A stretch of 32,000 nucleotides of DNA from Pyrolobus fumarii 1A (lineage in GTDB: Archaea > Thermoproteota > Thermoprotei_A > Sulfolobales > Pyrodictiaceae). The DNA is taken from assembly GCF_000223395.1 (NCBI RefSeq), contig NC_015931.1, forward strand, positions 1,050,001-1,082,000, in the 5' to 3' direction. The notes beneath the pieces were generated by a model. The model saw only the letters and a program-made list of their open reading frames with translations, ran no database searches and was not told the DNA's origin. How positions within the stretch are numbered: the stretch's first letter is position 1; every line of letters starts with the position of its first letter. Of this stretch, positions 8,977 through 16,674 are shown piece by piece. The translations under genes and the position numbers were made by a program.

Positions 8977-9147
8977 CTCTGCCTGCAGACCACCTATAAC
9001 AGTACGTGTTTTCTAAAAAGTGTTCTTAACACCCGGTATCATGCCATCATGATGTAGGCATGGTAACCAGTACGCCGTGGCATTACGATGCTGTTGTTCA
9101 AACGCGGCCTGGTCGCCTAGAGGACATGTCTAACTTTGCAGATGTCG

Positions 9148-9879
9148 TTACAGCAGGGCGCCGCTGATTGTGAGCACATCGCCGGTTATGTAGGGGTTCT
9201 CGATGGCGTCTAGGACTAGCTTGGCTACCTCCTCGGGCTTCGCCAGCCGCGCTACCGGCACCTCCTCCTCGACCCAGTCTAGGTCCCCCCATACTCGCGC
9301 CATGTCGGTGTCGACGCCGCCCGGCGCCACGGCGAACACACGTATACCATACTCGGCAAGCTCCTTGGCAACGGCCATACTCCAGGCTATCAGGGCGGCC
9401 TTGGCGGCCGAGTAGTGGCTTGCAAGAGGCTCCGGTCTCAACCCGAGCACAGAGGCGATGTTGACTATCACGCCCCTCCTCCTTTGAATCATGTGGGGTA
9501 GGGCGGCTTTCGCGACGTTAAGAGCGCCGTAGAAGTGGACCTCTATCATCCTCTGCCAGTCTCGCGGCTCCATCTCGGCGAAGGGCTTAGGCTCCAGAAT
9601 ACCCGCGTTATTAACCACAACATCCACACGGCCCCAGCGCTCAACCGCGGCCTCCACGAGACTCTTGGCCTCCTCCCACCGAGACACATCAGCCCTCACG
9701 ACTAACGCGTCAGAGCCAAGTTCGCGGATACTCCTGGCAACCTCCTCGGCAGCCTCACGGGAACGCACATAGTTCACCACGACGCCAGCCGCGCCACGCC
9801 TAGCCGCCTCCAGAGCAATAGCACGGCCAATACCCCTGCTAGACCCCGTCACGATGAATACAGAGCCACGAGCCTCCAA
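9148..9879 (-). CDS. Short-chain dehydrogenase/reductase (FabG-like)
   Basis: TGSSRGIG (cofactor binding), NNAG and YSAAK (catalytic Y-x3-K). The TTG at 9879 gives a standard ~244-aa SDR starting 6 residues before the Rossmann strand. The track's longer ORF (to 9963) adds an implausible extension. Confidence 0.9.
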   Translation of the reverse strand: MEARGSVFIVTGSSRGIGRAIALEAARRGAAGVVVNYVRSREAAEEVARSIRELGSDALVVRADVSRWEEAKSLVEAAVERWGRVDVVVNNAGILEPKPFAEMEPRDWQRMIEVHFYGALNVAKAALPHMIQRRRGVIVNIASVLGLRPEPLASHYSAAKAALIAWSMAVAKELAEYGIRVFAVAPGGVDTDMARVWGDLDWVEEEVPVARLAKPEEVAKLVLDAIENPYITGDVLTISGALL

Positions 9880-10024
9880 GGCAAACCTCCAGAAGCGGAG
9901 ACACAGAGACACGACCAAGGACTTACCGCGAAACCCGAAAACCCACCCCATCGAGCGTCGCAATGCTCACACAACTCTAGACCGGATCGTGTGGCACCGG
10001 GACTAAACTGAAGCAAACGATGAT

Positions 10025-10315
10025 CTACTCCACTTGTACCTCAAAACCCTCCTCGGTGTCCCCACTCTCACACACTACGAGCACCACTGCAAGCAACGCC
10101 AACAGTACAGCCGCGAGTGCACCCAGACCCACGAGAAGACCCGGGGCACGCGCAACACGCAACAGTGTGAGCACAAAGGTCACGCCCAACGCCACGACTA
10201 CTATCACAACAAGCTTGAGGAGCATCGTAGCGAGGGGCCTGCACGACACGGGCACGTCGAGGCACGCCCCAATTGGTAACAAACCTCCGACACCGCGAGC
10301 CAAAAAGAGGGTCAT
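10025..10315 (-). CDS. Small hydrophobic membrane protein (about 3 TM), function unknown
   Basis: The minus-strand translation gives helices (LLKLVVIVVVALGVTFVLTLL, LLVGLGALAAVLLALLAVVLVV). The plus-strand alternative is Thr/Ser/Arg-rich junk. The ATG at 10315 fits the TATA position better than the TTG at 10339. Confidence 0.5.
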   Translation of the reverse strand: MTLFLARGVGGLLPIGACLDVPVSCRPLATMLLKLVVIVVVALGVTFVLTLLRVARAPGLLVGLGALAAVLLALLAVVLVVCESGDTEEGFEVQVE

Positions 10316-10348
10316 GGCGAAGATGGGCAAGGCCCACAATTGCTGCAG

Positions 10349-10356
10349 TTAAAATA
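10349..10356. promoter_or_regulatory. Single A/T-rich TATA-like element (TTAAAATA) between divergent genes
   Basis: The only A/T-rich element in the 70 nt between the ATG at 10315 (-) and the ATG at 10386 (+). It lies about 33-37 nt from each start. Confidence 0.35.
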
Positions 10357-10385
10357 GCCTCGCTGTGCCCACTAGATACTATCGT

Positions 10386-11456
10386 ATGGTGGGGAACGTG
10401 ACAAGAGCAACTGTGCTCAAGGCGCTACGCCTGTTGACAGTGCTGGCCGCTATAATCGCGATAGTCTTTGTCGCGATGGTCGCGATGAGCACATACCAGC
10501 TTGATGTAGGCGAGGCAGCTGTGATAATCGATCCGGTACAGGGCAGGATAGTCGGCGTGGTGTTCGGACCACACTTCGGATTCAAAATGCCATGGCAGGA
10601 GATTCGCGTGATACCAGTTTCCGTCCAGACGGTGCTGCTCGAAGACCAGAGCGCTGTCATAGCTGTGACTAGGGATGGCGCCAGGGTGCCGGTAGAGATA
10701 CAGGTGCGCTACGAGGTGAGGAAAGACCCGGCAGCCGTCAAGTACCTGATACAGAAGTATCCGGAGAACCCACACGAGCGCATCAAGAGGGAGGTTATCG
10801 AGCGCGCGGCTTACGAGGCCGTTAGGAGCGTTATCGGCAAGTACAACCTGGTGGAGATAGTGCCGCGTATACAAGAGATATCCGAGGAGATAGCGGCGTA
10901 CCTGAAGCAGCTGCTACTCGAAGACCCGAGCGTCAAAGCAGCCATAGACATAGTGGACGTGGTAGTCAAGAGCATCGACATCCCGAAGGAGCTAAGCCAA
11001 GCCATACTGAGGAAGCTGGCCGCGCAGCAGGAGGCGGAGGCCGCTAAGTTCGAGGCGCAGAAGGAGATTATCCGCGCGGAGATGGAGGCCAAGAAGAAGA
11101 TAATCGCCGCCAACGCTACGGCAATGCAGCAGATTATCGCTGCCAGGGCGGAGGCGGAGAAGCGCGTCATAGAGGCTAACGCTACGGCGCAGAAGATGCT
11201 GATAGAGGCCATGGCCCAGGCGAAGTCGGTCGTGGAGCGCTACCGCGGCGAGGCAGCAGCGATAAAGGCGATAATGGAGGAGCTGAACGTGACCGCGGAG
11301 GAAGCAGCCAAGATATACTACTACATCAAGATGATAGAGTTGTACCGAGAGGTGCTCCCAGAAGCCCTCCGCAACGCGAGCATAACGCTCCTAGTCACGC
11401 CCAGCGGAAACCAGACGCTACCACTGGTAGGCGTTATACCACTACCTTCACGCTAA
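10386..11456 (+). CDS. SPFH/Band-7 (prohibitin/HflK-C-like) membrane protein
   Basis: N-terminal TM anchor, an SPFH core (GEAAVIIDPVQGRIVGV...VTRDGARVPVEIQVRYEV) and a long Ala/Glu/Lys coiled coil. The track start at 10365 (GTG) is only 12 nt from the TATA centre, so the ATG at 10386 is preferred. Confidence 0.85.
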   Translation: MVGNVTRATVLKALRLLTVLAAIIAIVFVAMVAMSTYQLDVGEAAVIIDPVQGRIVGVVFGPHFGFKMPWQEIRVIPVSVQTVLLEDQSAVIAVTRDGARVPVEIQVRYEVRKDPAAVKYLIQKYPENPHERIKREVIERAAYEAVRSVIGKYNLVEIVPRIQEISEEIAAYLKQLLLEDPSVKAAIDIVDVVVKSIDIPKELSQAILRKLAAQQEAEAAKFEAQKEIIRAEMEAKKKIIAANATAMQQIIAARAEAEKRVIEANATAQKMLIEAMAQAKSVVERYRGEAAAIKAIMEELNVTAEEAAKIYYYIKMIELYREVLPEALRNASITLLVTPSGNQTLPLVGVIPLPSR

Positions 11457-11756
11457 TCGGTAATCGAGGAGATAAGCGCTCGCGGGCACGCTCCATTTTA
11501 CAACCGCCCTTGCCCAGTCTATACCCGGTGATACCTTGTCAACCAGCGGTTATACCCTATCGTCCGCCAGGCGCACATACTCTTCTACTATCCACAGTGG
11601 GCACTACACACGGAGCATCTAGACACAGTGTGGCTTAGACTGGAGCCGGGTGCCTAGTACCATGGTTGGTCATCGCTCCTATTACCCACATATACTCCCC
11701 TGGTGCCCGGAGTTGAACAACCAGATGTAGTGCGGAGATGTAAAACATTGAGACTC

Positions 11757-12740
11757 GTGGTTAAATGGGTATCCATAGTTAAGTTTAGAGGCGTGAGAGA
11801 GGGCGTACTGAGCAACTTAGCCGGCATAAACATCCTCGTCGGGCGCAACGGCAGCGGCAAGACAACAGTCCTAGAGGCGGTACACCTCGCACTAACGCTA
11901 ACCGACAGCTTCGAATTCCTTGTAAAGAGGCGCGGCTGGTTCGGCCTAGCGTCTATAGACACACTCTTCTACAGATGCTCGCGTGAGGCGCGCATTATCG
12001 TCGAGCTTGCAGACCGTACACGGCAGGAACTGTCGTTGAGGGTAGAGAGGCGCGGAGAAACAGCACGAATGGTTAGGCTGGAGGCCCGGGGGAGACGAAC
12101 TGGAGTATCGGACATCCTCGTGTATAGGGATGGACGGGTGGTGGCAAGTAAACTGGGGGTAGCGCATAACAGCTTCCTAGTCGACTGGAACATAGCATCT
12201 AGCCTAGGCGCATCCGAGAGCATCTATGCCGAGATGCTTGTTCACGGCGGTTTCTCTGCGAAAGAGTTCCTCCTCGACATGCTGAGGAGTAAGACGGGTA
12301 GCGTTAGGAGCGTAGAACCGATTAGAGTAAACAACGAGTGGATACTCCACCTGGTCTACACGGATCACGCGATACCATACTACGTCGCGGGGGACGGCAT
12401 ACGATACGCGCTAGCCTGCCTAATGACGCTAGTCGCTCATCGCGACTCTGTCCTGCTTCTAGAGGAGCCAGAGCTTCACCTACACCCGGGGCTCATGAAG
12501 CTAATCGCACATGCAATCATAGCATCGTACCGTCGACGTGGCAACCAAGTGTTTGTCTCGACGCATAGCGTAGAGCTGGTAGACATGCTCGTGAGAGAGG
12601 CAGCGAGGAACAATCTAGGGGACAACGAGTTCAGGATATACTGGCTTGCACTTGAGGACGGTAGGCTTAGCTACACCTCATACGGGTTGAGCAACGCTAG
12701 CGAGGCGCTCGAGGAGATGAAACACTGGCTATACAACTAG
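11757..12740 (+). CDS. ABC-type (AAA_21/AAA_15-like, SMC/RecF fold) ATPase with no visible partner gene
   Basis: Walker A GRNGSGKTT, signature-like AGDGIRYAL, Walker B and D-loop LLLEEPELHLHP, and an H-loop context FVSTHS. The GTG at 11757 gives the usual M-x-I-x-x-F-R N-terminus. The ORF is open from 11703. Confidence 0.8.
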   Translation: MVKWVSIVKFRGVREGVLSNLAGINILVGRNGSGKTTVLEAVHLALTLTDSFEFLVKRRGWFGLASIDTLFYRCSREARIIVELADRTRQELSLRVERRGETARMVRLEARGRRTGVSDILVYRDGRVVASKLGVAHNSFLVDWNIASSLGASESIYAEMLVHGGFSAKEFLLDMLRSKTGSVRSVEPIRVNNEWILHLVYTDHAIPYYVAGDGIRYALACLMTLVAHRDSVLLLEEPELHLHPGLMKLIAHAIIASYRRRGNQVFVSTHSVELVDMLVREAARNNLGDNEFRIYWLALEDGRLSYTSYGLSNASEALEEMKHWLYN

Positions 12741-12959
12741 CGGTATAGCGGCGCGGCACGTGAAGATTTGGATAGGCCAACCATAGTCGATTGTGTAGTT
12801 GACCCTAGGCTGATGTGTCTAAGAGCCTCTTCAACCCTGGCTCAACAGCTTGACGATCTCGTCTCTCACGACTCTTTTTGGTATTAGTGTTTCTGGCATT
12901 TCCCTCTCAATAAATCTTAAGTTGCTAGCTGCATGTGTTGGTGGGCTCGCGGTGGGGTA

Positions 12960-14237
12960 ATGGGGCGCCTCGTAGCTAACCTCCTAGCTCTCACCCTGCT
13001 AGCGCTACTGATCCTGCCGAGTCTCGCCCCGGTGGCGACCGCTGTATCCTACAAGACGCTCATAGTGAAGATTGACCGTGCGAAGTTCGACCCGGAGAGG
13101 GTGAAGGGCCTAGGCGGTCGCGTGGTGTACGTCGCCCAGCTTGCCCCGGTTGCCATCCTGGTGGTGCCGGCTCACGCTGCGGAGCATGTCAAGAAGCTGC
13201 CGGGCGTCCTTCACGTATCCGAGGATGGCGAGGTAAAGGCGTTCGCAGTTAGAGTCTCGCTAACCCAGCCGCCGCAGACAATGCCGTGGGGCGTGGACTA
13301 CATTGACGCTGAGCAGGTGTGGTCGATAACGAAGGGCTTCGTAGACGTCAACGGCGATGGTGATTCCGAGATCGAGGTTGCCGTGATAGACTCTGGTGTT
13401 GACCTAGACCACCCAGACCTCGCCGATAACATCAAGTGGTGCGTAGCGGTGCTCAACGGCAGGATAAGCAACAGATGCTCCGATGTGAACGGCCATGGTA
13501 CGCACGTGACCGGCACGATAGCCGCGCTTGACAACGAGATAGGCGTTGTCGGCGTCGCGCCAGAGGTCGAGATCTACATGATCAAGGCCCTCAAGAACTC
13601 TGGGAGTGGCTCCTGGAGCGACCTCATAATAGCCATTGACCTCGCCGTGAGAGGCCCAGACGGCGTGATAGACGCTGACGGCGACGGTGTGATTGTCGGT
13701 GACCCTGAGGACGACGCGCCAGAAGTCATAAGCATGAGCCTCGGTGGTTACGATCCACCACCAGAGCTCCAGGAGGTCATAGCGGCAGCCTACAGCTACG
13801 GGATCGTGATCGTCGCGGCGGCGGGCAACGAGGGTCTAGACACGCCAGCCTACCCAGCAGCATACCCCGAGGTCATAGCGGTGGGCGCCATCGATGAGAA
13901 CGCCACGGTGCCAGACTGGAGCAACCGCAACCCAGAGGTAACAGCCCCAGGCGTCGACATACTCAGCACATACCCCGACGACAGCTACGCGGTGCTAAGC
14001 GGCACTAGCATGGCCACCCCACACGTGAGCGGCACAGTCGCGCTAATCCAGGCAGCCAGGCTCGCCCAGGGCCTACCACTACTACCACCAGGCACAGAGG
14101 ACGACCTAACCACAGACACCGTGAGAGGCATCCTACACCTAACAGCGGTCGACCTCGGAGACCCCGGCTACGACACGCTATACGGCTACGGCGTGATCAA
14201 CGCCTACGATGCGGTGTTAACCGCACTAAACAGCTAG
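12960..14237 (+). CDS. Secreted subtilisin-like serine protease (peptidase S8 with I9 propeptide; pernisine/Tk-subtilisin-like)
   Basis: Signal peptide MGRLVANLLALTLLALLILPSLAPVATA and an I9-like propeptide. The triad is VAVIDSGVD / NGHGTHVTG / SGTSMATPHVSG, with oxyanion Asn in AAAGNEG. ATG at 12960 preceded by GGTGGGG. Confidence 0.92.
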   Translation: MGRLVANLLALTLLALLILPSLAPVATAVSYKTLIVKIDRAKFDPERVKGLGGRVVYVAQLAPVAILVVPAHAAEHVKKLPGVLHVSEDGEVKAFAVRVSLTQPPQTMPWGVDYIDAEQVWSITKGFVDVNGDGDSEIEVAVIDSGVDLDHPDLADNIKWCVAVLNGRISNRCSDVNGHGTHVTGTIAALDNEIGVVGVAPEVEIYMIKALKNSGSGSWSDLIIAIDLAVRGPDGVIDADGDGVIVGDPEDDAPEVISMSLGGYDPPPELQEVIAAAYSYGIVIVAAAGNEGLDTPAYPAAYPEVIAVGAIDENATVPDWSNRNPEVTAPGVDILSTYPDDSYAVLSGTSMATPHVSGTVALIQAARLAQGLPLLPPGTEDDLTTDTVRGILHLTAVDLGDPGYDTLYGYGVINAYDAVLTALNS

Positions 14238-14422
14238 ACACGCATAAGAAACGGCAGTGATAGTCACACCTCTCTTTTTAATAAGCCTCTCTCCTTCCTC
14301 CGCCTCTCCAGCCATCCTCCGGTAGACATTCTCCAGTTTCCCGCCGATAGAAGCGCGATGGCACCAGGTGAGCAGGTGGCGAGAGAAGAACGACAGGTTT
14401 GGGAAACATACGCCTAATACAC

Positions 14423-14632
14423 CTAGATGTAGCCCAGTGCGCGCAGCCTCTCCTTAACCTTCTCCTCATCCTCCTTGCTCATGCTCGCCTCTCCAGGCCC
14501 GGCTACCGCCTCCAGAGCCTCGCTAACCACGAACTCAATGAACTCCTCCACGGACTTAAAACCAGCCTTATCGAGCACACTCTCTATCCTCTTGACAAGC
14601 TCCTCTGAAAGCTCTACACAACGCTTCGCCAT
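14423..14632 (-). CDS. Ribbon-helix-helix (CopG-like) protein
   Basis: MAKRCVELSEELVKRIESVLDKAGFKSVEEFIEFVVSEAL fits a beta-strand, helix, helix RHH pattern. It has an acidic tail ending RLRALGYI. The ATG at 14632 is about 37 nt from a TATA-like box. Confidence 0.75.
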   Translation of the reverse strand: MAKRCVELSEELVKRIESVLDKAGFKSVEEFIEFVVSEALEAVAGPGEASMSKEDEEKVKERLRALGYI

Positions 14633-14665
14633 GGGCCGCACCATGTATAGACACATACGTCGCTA

Positions 14666-14673
14666 GTTTAAAC
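14666..14673. promoter_or_regulatory. Palindromic TATA-like element GTTTAAAC flanked by CATGTAT direct repeats
   Basis: Its centre lies about 37 nt upstream of the RHH ATG. CATGTAT occurs at 14642-14648 and 14673-14679 on either side. Confidence 0.35.
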
Positions 14674-14772
14674 ATGTATGGCCAACCGGCATCCAGAGCT
14701 AATCAAGGGTTAGTATCTAGAACTGTTTTCACCTGCTGCTGGTTATCGAGCCGTTCGAGGCTGTGCGTAGTC

Positions 14773-15216
14773 GTGAGCGGCGAGTATGCAGCTCTGCTTA
14801 AAGAACGTGCGAGAGTGTTTCGTAGTATAGCGAGGCGGTTGATAGAAGAGGCGAGTTACGATATAGCCGTGTTCGCCCTCGAGCAGGCAGCACAGCTACG
14901 CGTCAAGTGTAGCCTCTCGAGGCTATTTGGAGATGCTCCAAGGATACACGGGCTTCGTGAACTCATCGGGTTGTTGTCTGCAAGACTCGCCGAGGCTGGC
15001 TTTCGAGAGGAGGCTGAACGATTGAGGCGTTTCGCTGCCGACAATAGGGGTCTTCTCTGGCTCCTCGAAGAGGCGTATACAATGGCCAGGTATGGGAGGA
15101 GGAGGTATACGCGAACCGAGGCTATAGAGCTGGATAAGCTTGTGGATGCCCTGTGGCAGATACTGGAGTGGGTGGAGTCTCGTGTCTACAGCGAGATTCA
15201 TGATAGAGAGGCTTAG
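14773..15216 (+). CDS. HEPN domain protein (COG2250-type, partner of a minimal nucleotidyltransferase)
   Basis: YDIAVFALEQAAQLRVKCSL...PRIHGLRELI and LEEAYTMARYGRRRY match the HEPN helices and the sRY motif. Start inferred at the GTG at 14773 (ORF open from 14674). It overlaps the next gene by 17 nt. Confidence 0.75.
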   Translation: MSGEYAALLKERARVFRSIARRLIEEASYDIAVFALEQAAQLRVKCSLSRLFGDAPRIHGLRELIGLLSARLAEAGFREEAERLRRFAADNRGLLWLLEEAYTMARYGRRRYTRTEAIELDKLVDALWQILEWVESRVYSEIHDREA

Positions 15217-15529
15217 GAGGCTTCTTGCATGGAGGCGTTACGCTGCGATAGTCGCTGAGGCGGCCCGCGAGGCGCTCGGAGAGGTAGAGGTGTATGTTAT
15301 CGGCGGGGCAGCCGAAGGGAGACTAACCGCGCTCAGCGACCTAGACGTGCTGCTGGTGTTGCCTTGGGAGCCTAGACCCGAGGAGCACGGGAGGATATCA
15401 CGCATGGTGTACGAGAAGGCTGTGGAGAAGGGCCTGCCGTGGGACTACCCGTTGAACCTTCACATAGCGGGGCCCGAGTCGAGGAGAGAATACGAGAGGC
15501 TGGCGAAGCGCATGATAAGGATACTCTAG
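15200..15529 (+). CDS. Minimal nucleotidyltransferase (MNT) domain protein
   Basis: VYVIGGAAEGRLTALSDLDVLLVL is the G[GS]-x9-12-DxD polymerase-beta-type NT motif. It is about 110 aa. The ATG at 15200 overlaps the HEPN stop. Confidence 0.85.
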   Translation: MIERLRRLLAWRRYAAIVAEAAREALGEVEVYVIGGAAEGRLTALSDLDVLLVLPWEPRPEEHGRISRMVYEKAVEKGLPWDYPLNLHIAGPESRREYERLAKRMIRIL

Positions 15530-15570
15530 GGTCTCCTAGGCCGGCGCCATCGCGTGCCCAGATGCGGCTC

Positions 15571-16575
15571 TCACGGCTGGACTATGATCCTGATGTTCTC
15601 CGGTTTCAATGCCTCCCTGAACGCCTCCTCTATCCTCGCGAGAGGGTACCTGCCAGATATGTACTCCTTCACGGAGACTATCCCCCTCGCGATTGCATCC
15701 AGTGCCTTGCGGAACACGTGCGGGTATAGCCACGAGCCCGTGACGGTCACCTCCCTCCTAACGACTAGATCCACGAGCAACCTAGCCTCCCTACCATAGG
15801 CTCCCACCACGACGATCCTACCTCTCTTACCCACGAGCATAAGCGCATGCCTCAACGCGTCCACAGACCCCGAGGTCTCTATCACAACGTCGAACCTCCC
15901 CAGCCTCCTCTCGGCGCCATCTCCCAACGCCTCCATATCCCTGGGCGAGAGCGTCTCGTGAGCTCCGAGCCTCTCTGCGAGCCTACGCTTAGACTCCACG
16001 GGCTCCACAACAACAACCCTATCGGCGCCAGAGAGCCTGGCCAACTGTAAAGCCGAGAGACCTATAGCACCGGCACCAAAGACCAGCACGTTATCGCCTA
16101 TGCCCACCCCCGCCCTCCTGACAGCGTGGAGTGCCACGGCCACCGGGACGGTGAGACAAGCCTCCTCGAGGCTGAGGCCCGCAGGGACCCTATGGACAGC
16201 GTACGCGGGTACCTTGACATACTCGGCAAGACCACCATCACTATTGACTCCGAGGACCTTCACCTGCTCGCATAGGGTGTAGAGACCCCTCCTGCAGTAC
16301 ACGCACTTGCCGCAGTAGAGCACCGGCTCTACCACAACCTTCTCGCCTCTCGAAACCCCCTCAACCTCATCGCCCACCTCCACTACTACACCGCTAAACT
16401 CCTGGCCCAATACGATAGGCAACCTCGTCTTCACAACACCCTTGTATATCCTGACATCGGTGCCGCTAAGCGCGCAGCTAGCCACCCTCACCAGGACGCT
16501 CCTAGAGTCCAGCTTGGGCACCTCAACCTCTCTCAAAACGATGGAGAACGGCTCCTGGAGAACAGCTATCCTCAT
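15571..16575 (-). CDS. Zinc-type medium-chain alcohol / threonine / sorbitol dehydrogenase family protein
   Basis: MRIAVLQEP start. Structural Zn motif CGKCVYCRRGLYTLC (C-x2-C-x2-C-x7-C) and a Rossmann motif VFGAGAIGL. The usual GHE catalytic-zinc motif reads GQE here. Confidence 0.9.
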   Translation of the reverse strand: MRIAVLQEPFSIVLREVEVPKLDSRSVLVRVASCALSGTDVRIYKGVVKTRLPIVLGQEFSGVVVEVGDEVEGVSRGEKVVVEPVLYCGKCVYCRRGLYTLCEQVKVLGVNSDGGLAEYVKVPAYAVHRVPAGLSLEEACLTVPVAVALHAVRRAGVGIGDNVLVFGAGAIGLSALQLARLSGADRVVVVEPVESKRRLAERLGAHETLSPRDMEALGDGAERRLGRFDVVIETSGSVDALRHALMLVGKRGRIVVVGAYGREARLLVDLVVRREVTVTGSWLYPHVFRKALDAIARGIVSVKEYISGRYPLARIEEAFREALKPENIRIIVQP

Positions 16576-16594
16576 TCTCGTCAAAACCGTGGCA

Positions 16595-16632
16595 CCCGGG
16601 GTTTCTCACCACCCGCCAGTGGTGAACCCGGG
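16595..16632. promoter_or_regulatory. Extended palindrome CCCGGG-N5-TCACCAC-N6-GTGGTGA-N1-CCCGGG between trmB-like and ADH genes
   Basis: Perfect 7-bp arms at 16606-16612 and 16619-16625, plus outer 6-bp arms at 16595-16600 and 16627-16632. It lies 20-50 nt upstream of the ADH start and downstream of the TrmB-family stop and a TTTT run. Confidence 0.4.
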
Positions 16633-16674
16633 AGAAAACGCTTCCCACGCGCCTCGAGGGTGCGGGCACCCCCT

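Noticed and set aside
10020-10352. Plus-strand 110-aa ORF covering the same DNA as the small membrane protein.
   Set aside because: Its Thr/Ser/Arg/Pro-rich translation has no structure-like pattern. The minus-strand frame gives clean TM helices and fits the promoter geometry.
14278-14469. A 63-aa Arg-rich ORF overlapping the 3' end of the RHH gene, considered as a possible cognate toxin.
   Set aside because: The sequence is Arg/Gly/Pro noise with no toxin-family motif. It overlaps the RHH gene by 47 nt in another frame.
16612-16625. CCAGTGG core resembling an archaeal origin recognition box (ORB).
   Set aside because: It is a single copy embedded in the palindrome described above. There is no flanking A/T-rich unwinding element, no repeated ORBs and no cdc6/orc1 gene nearby.
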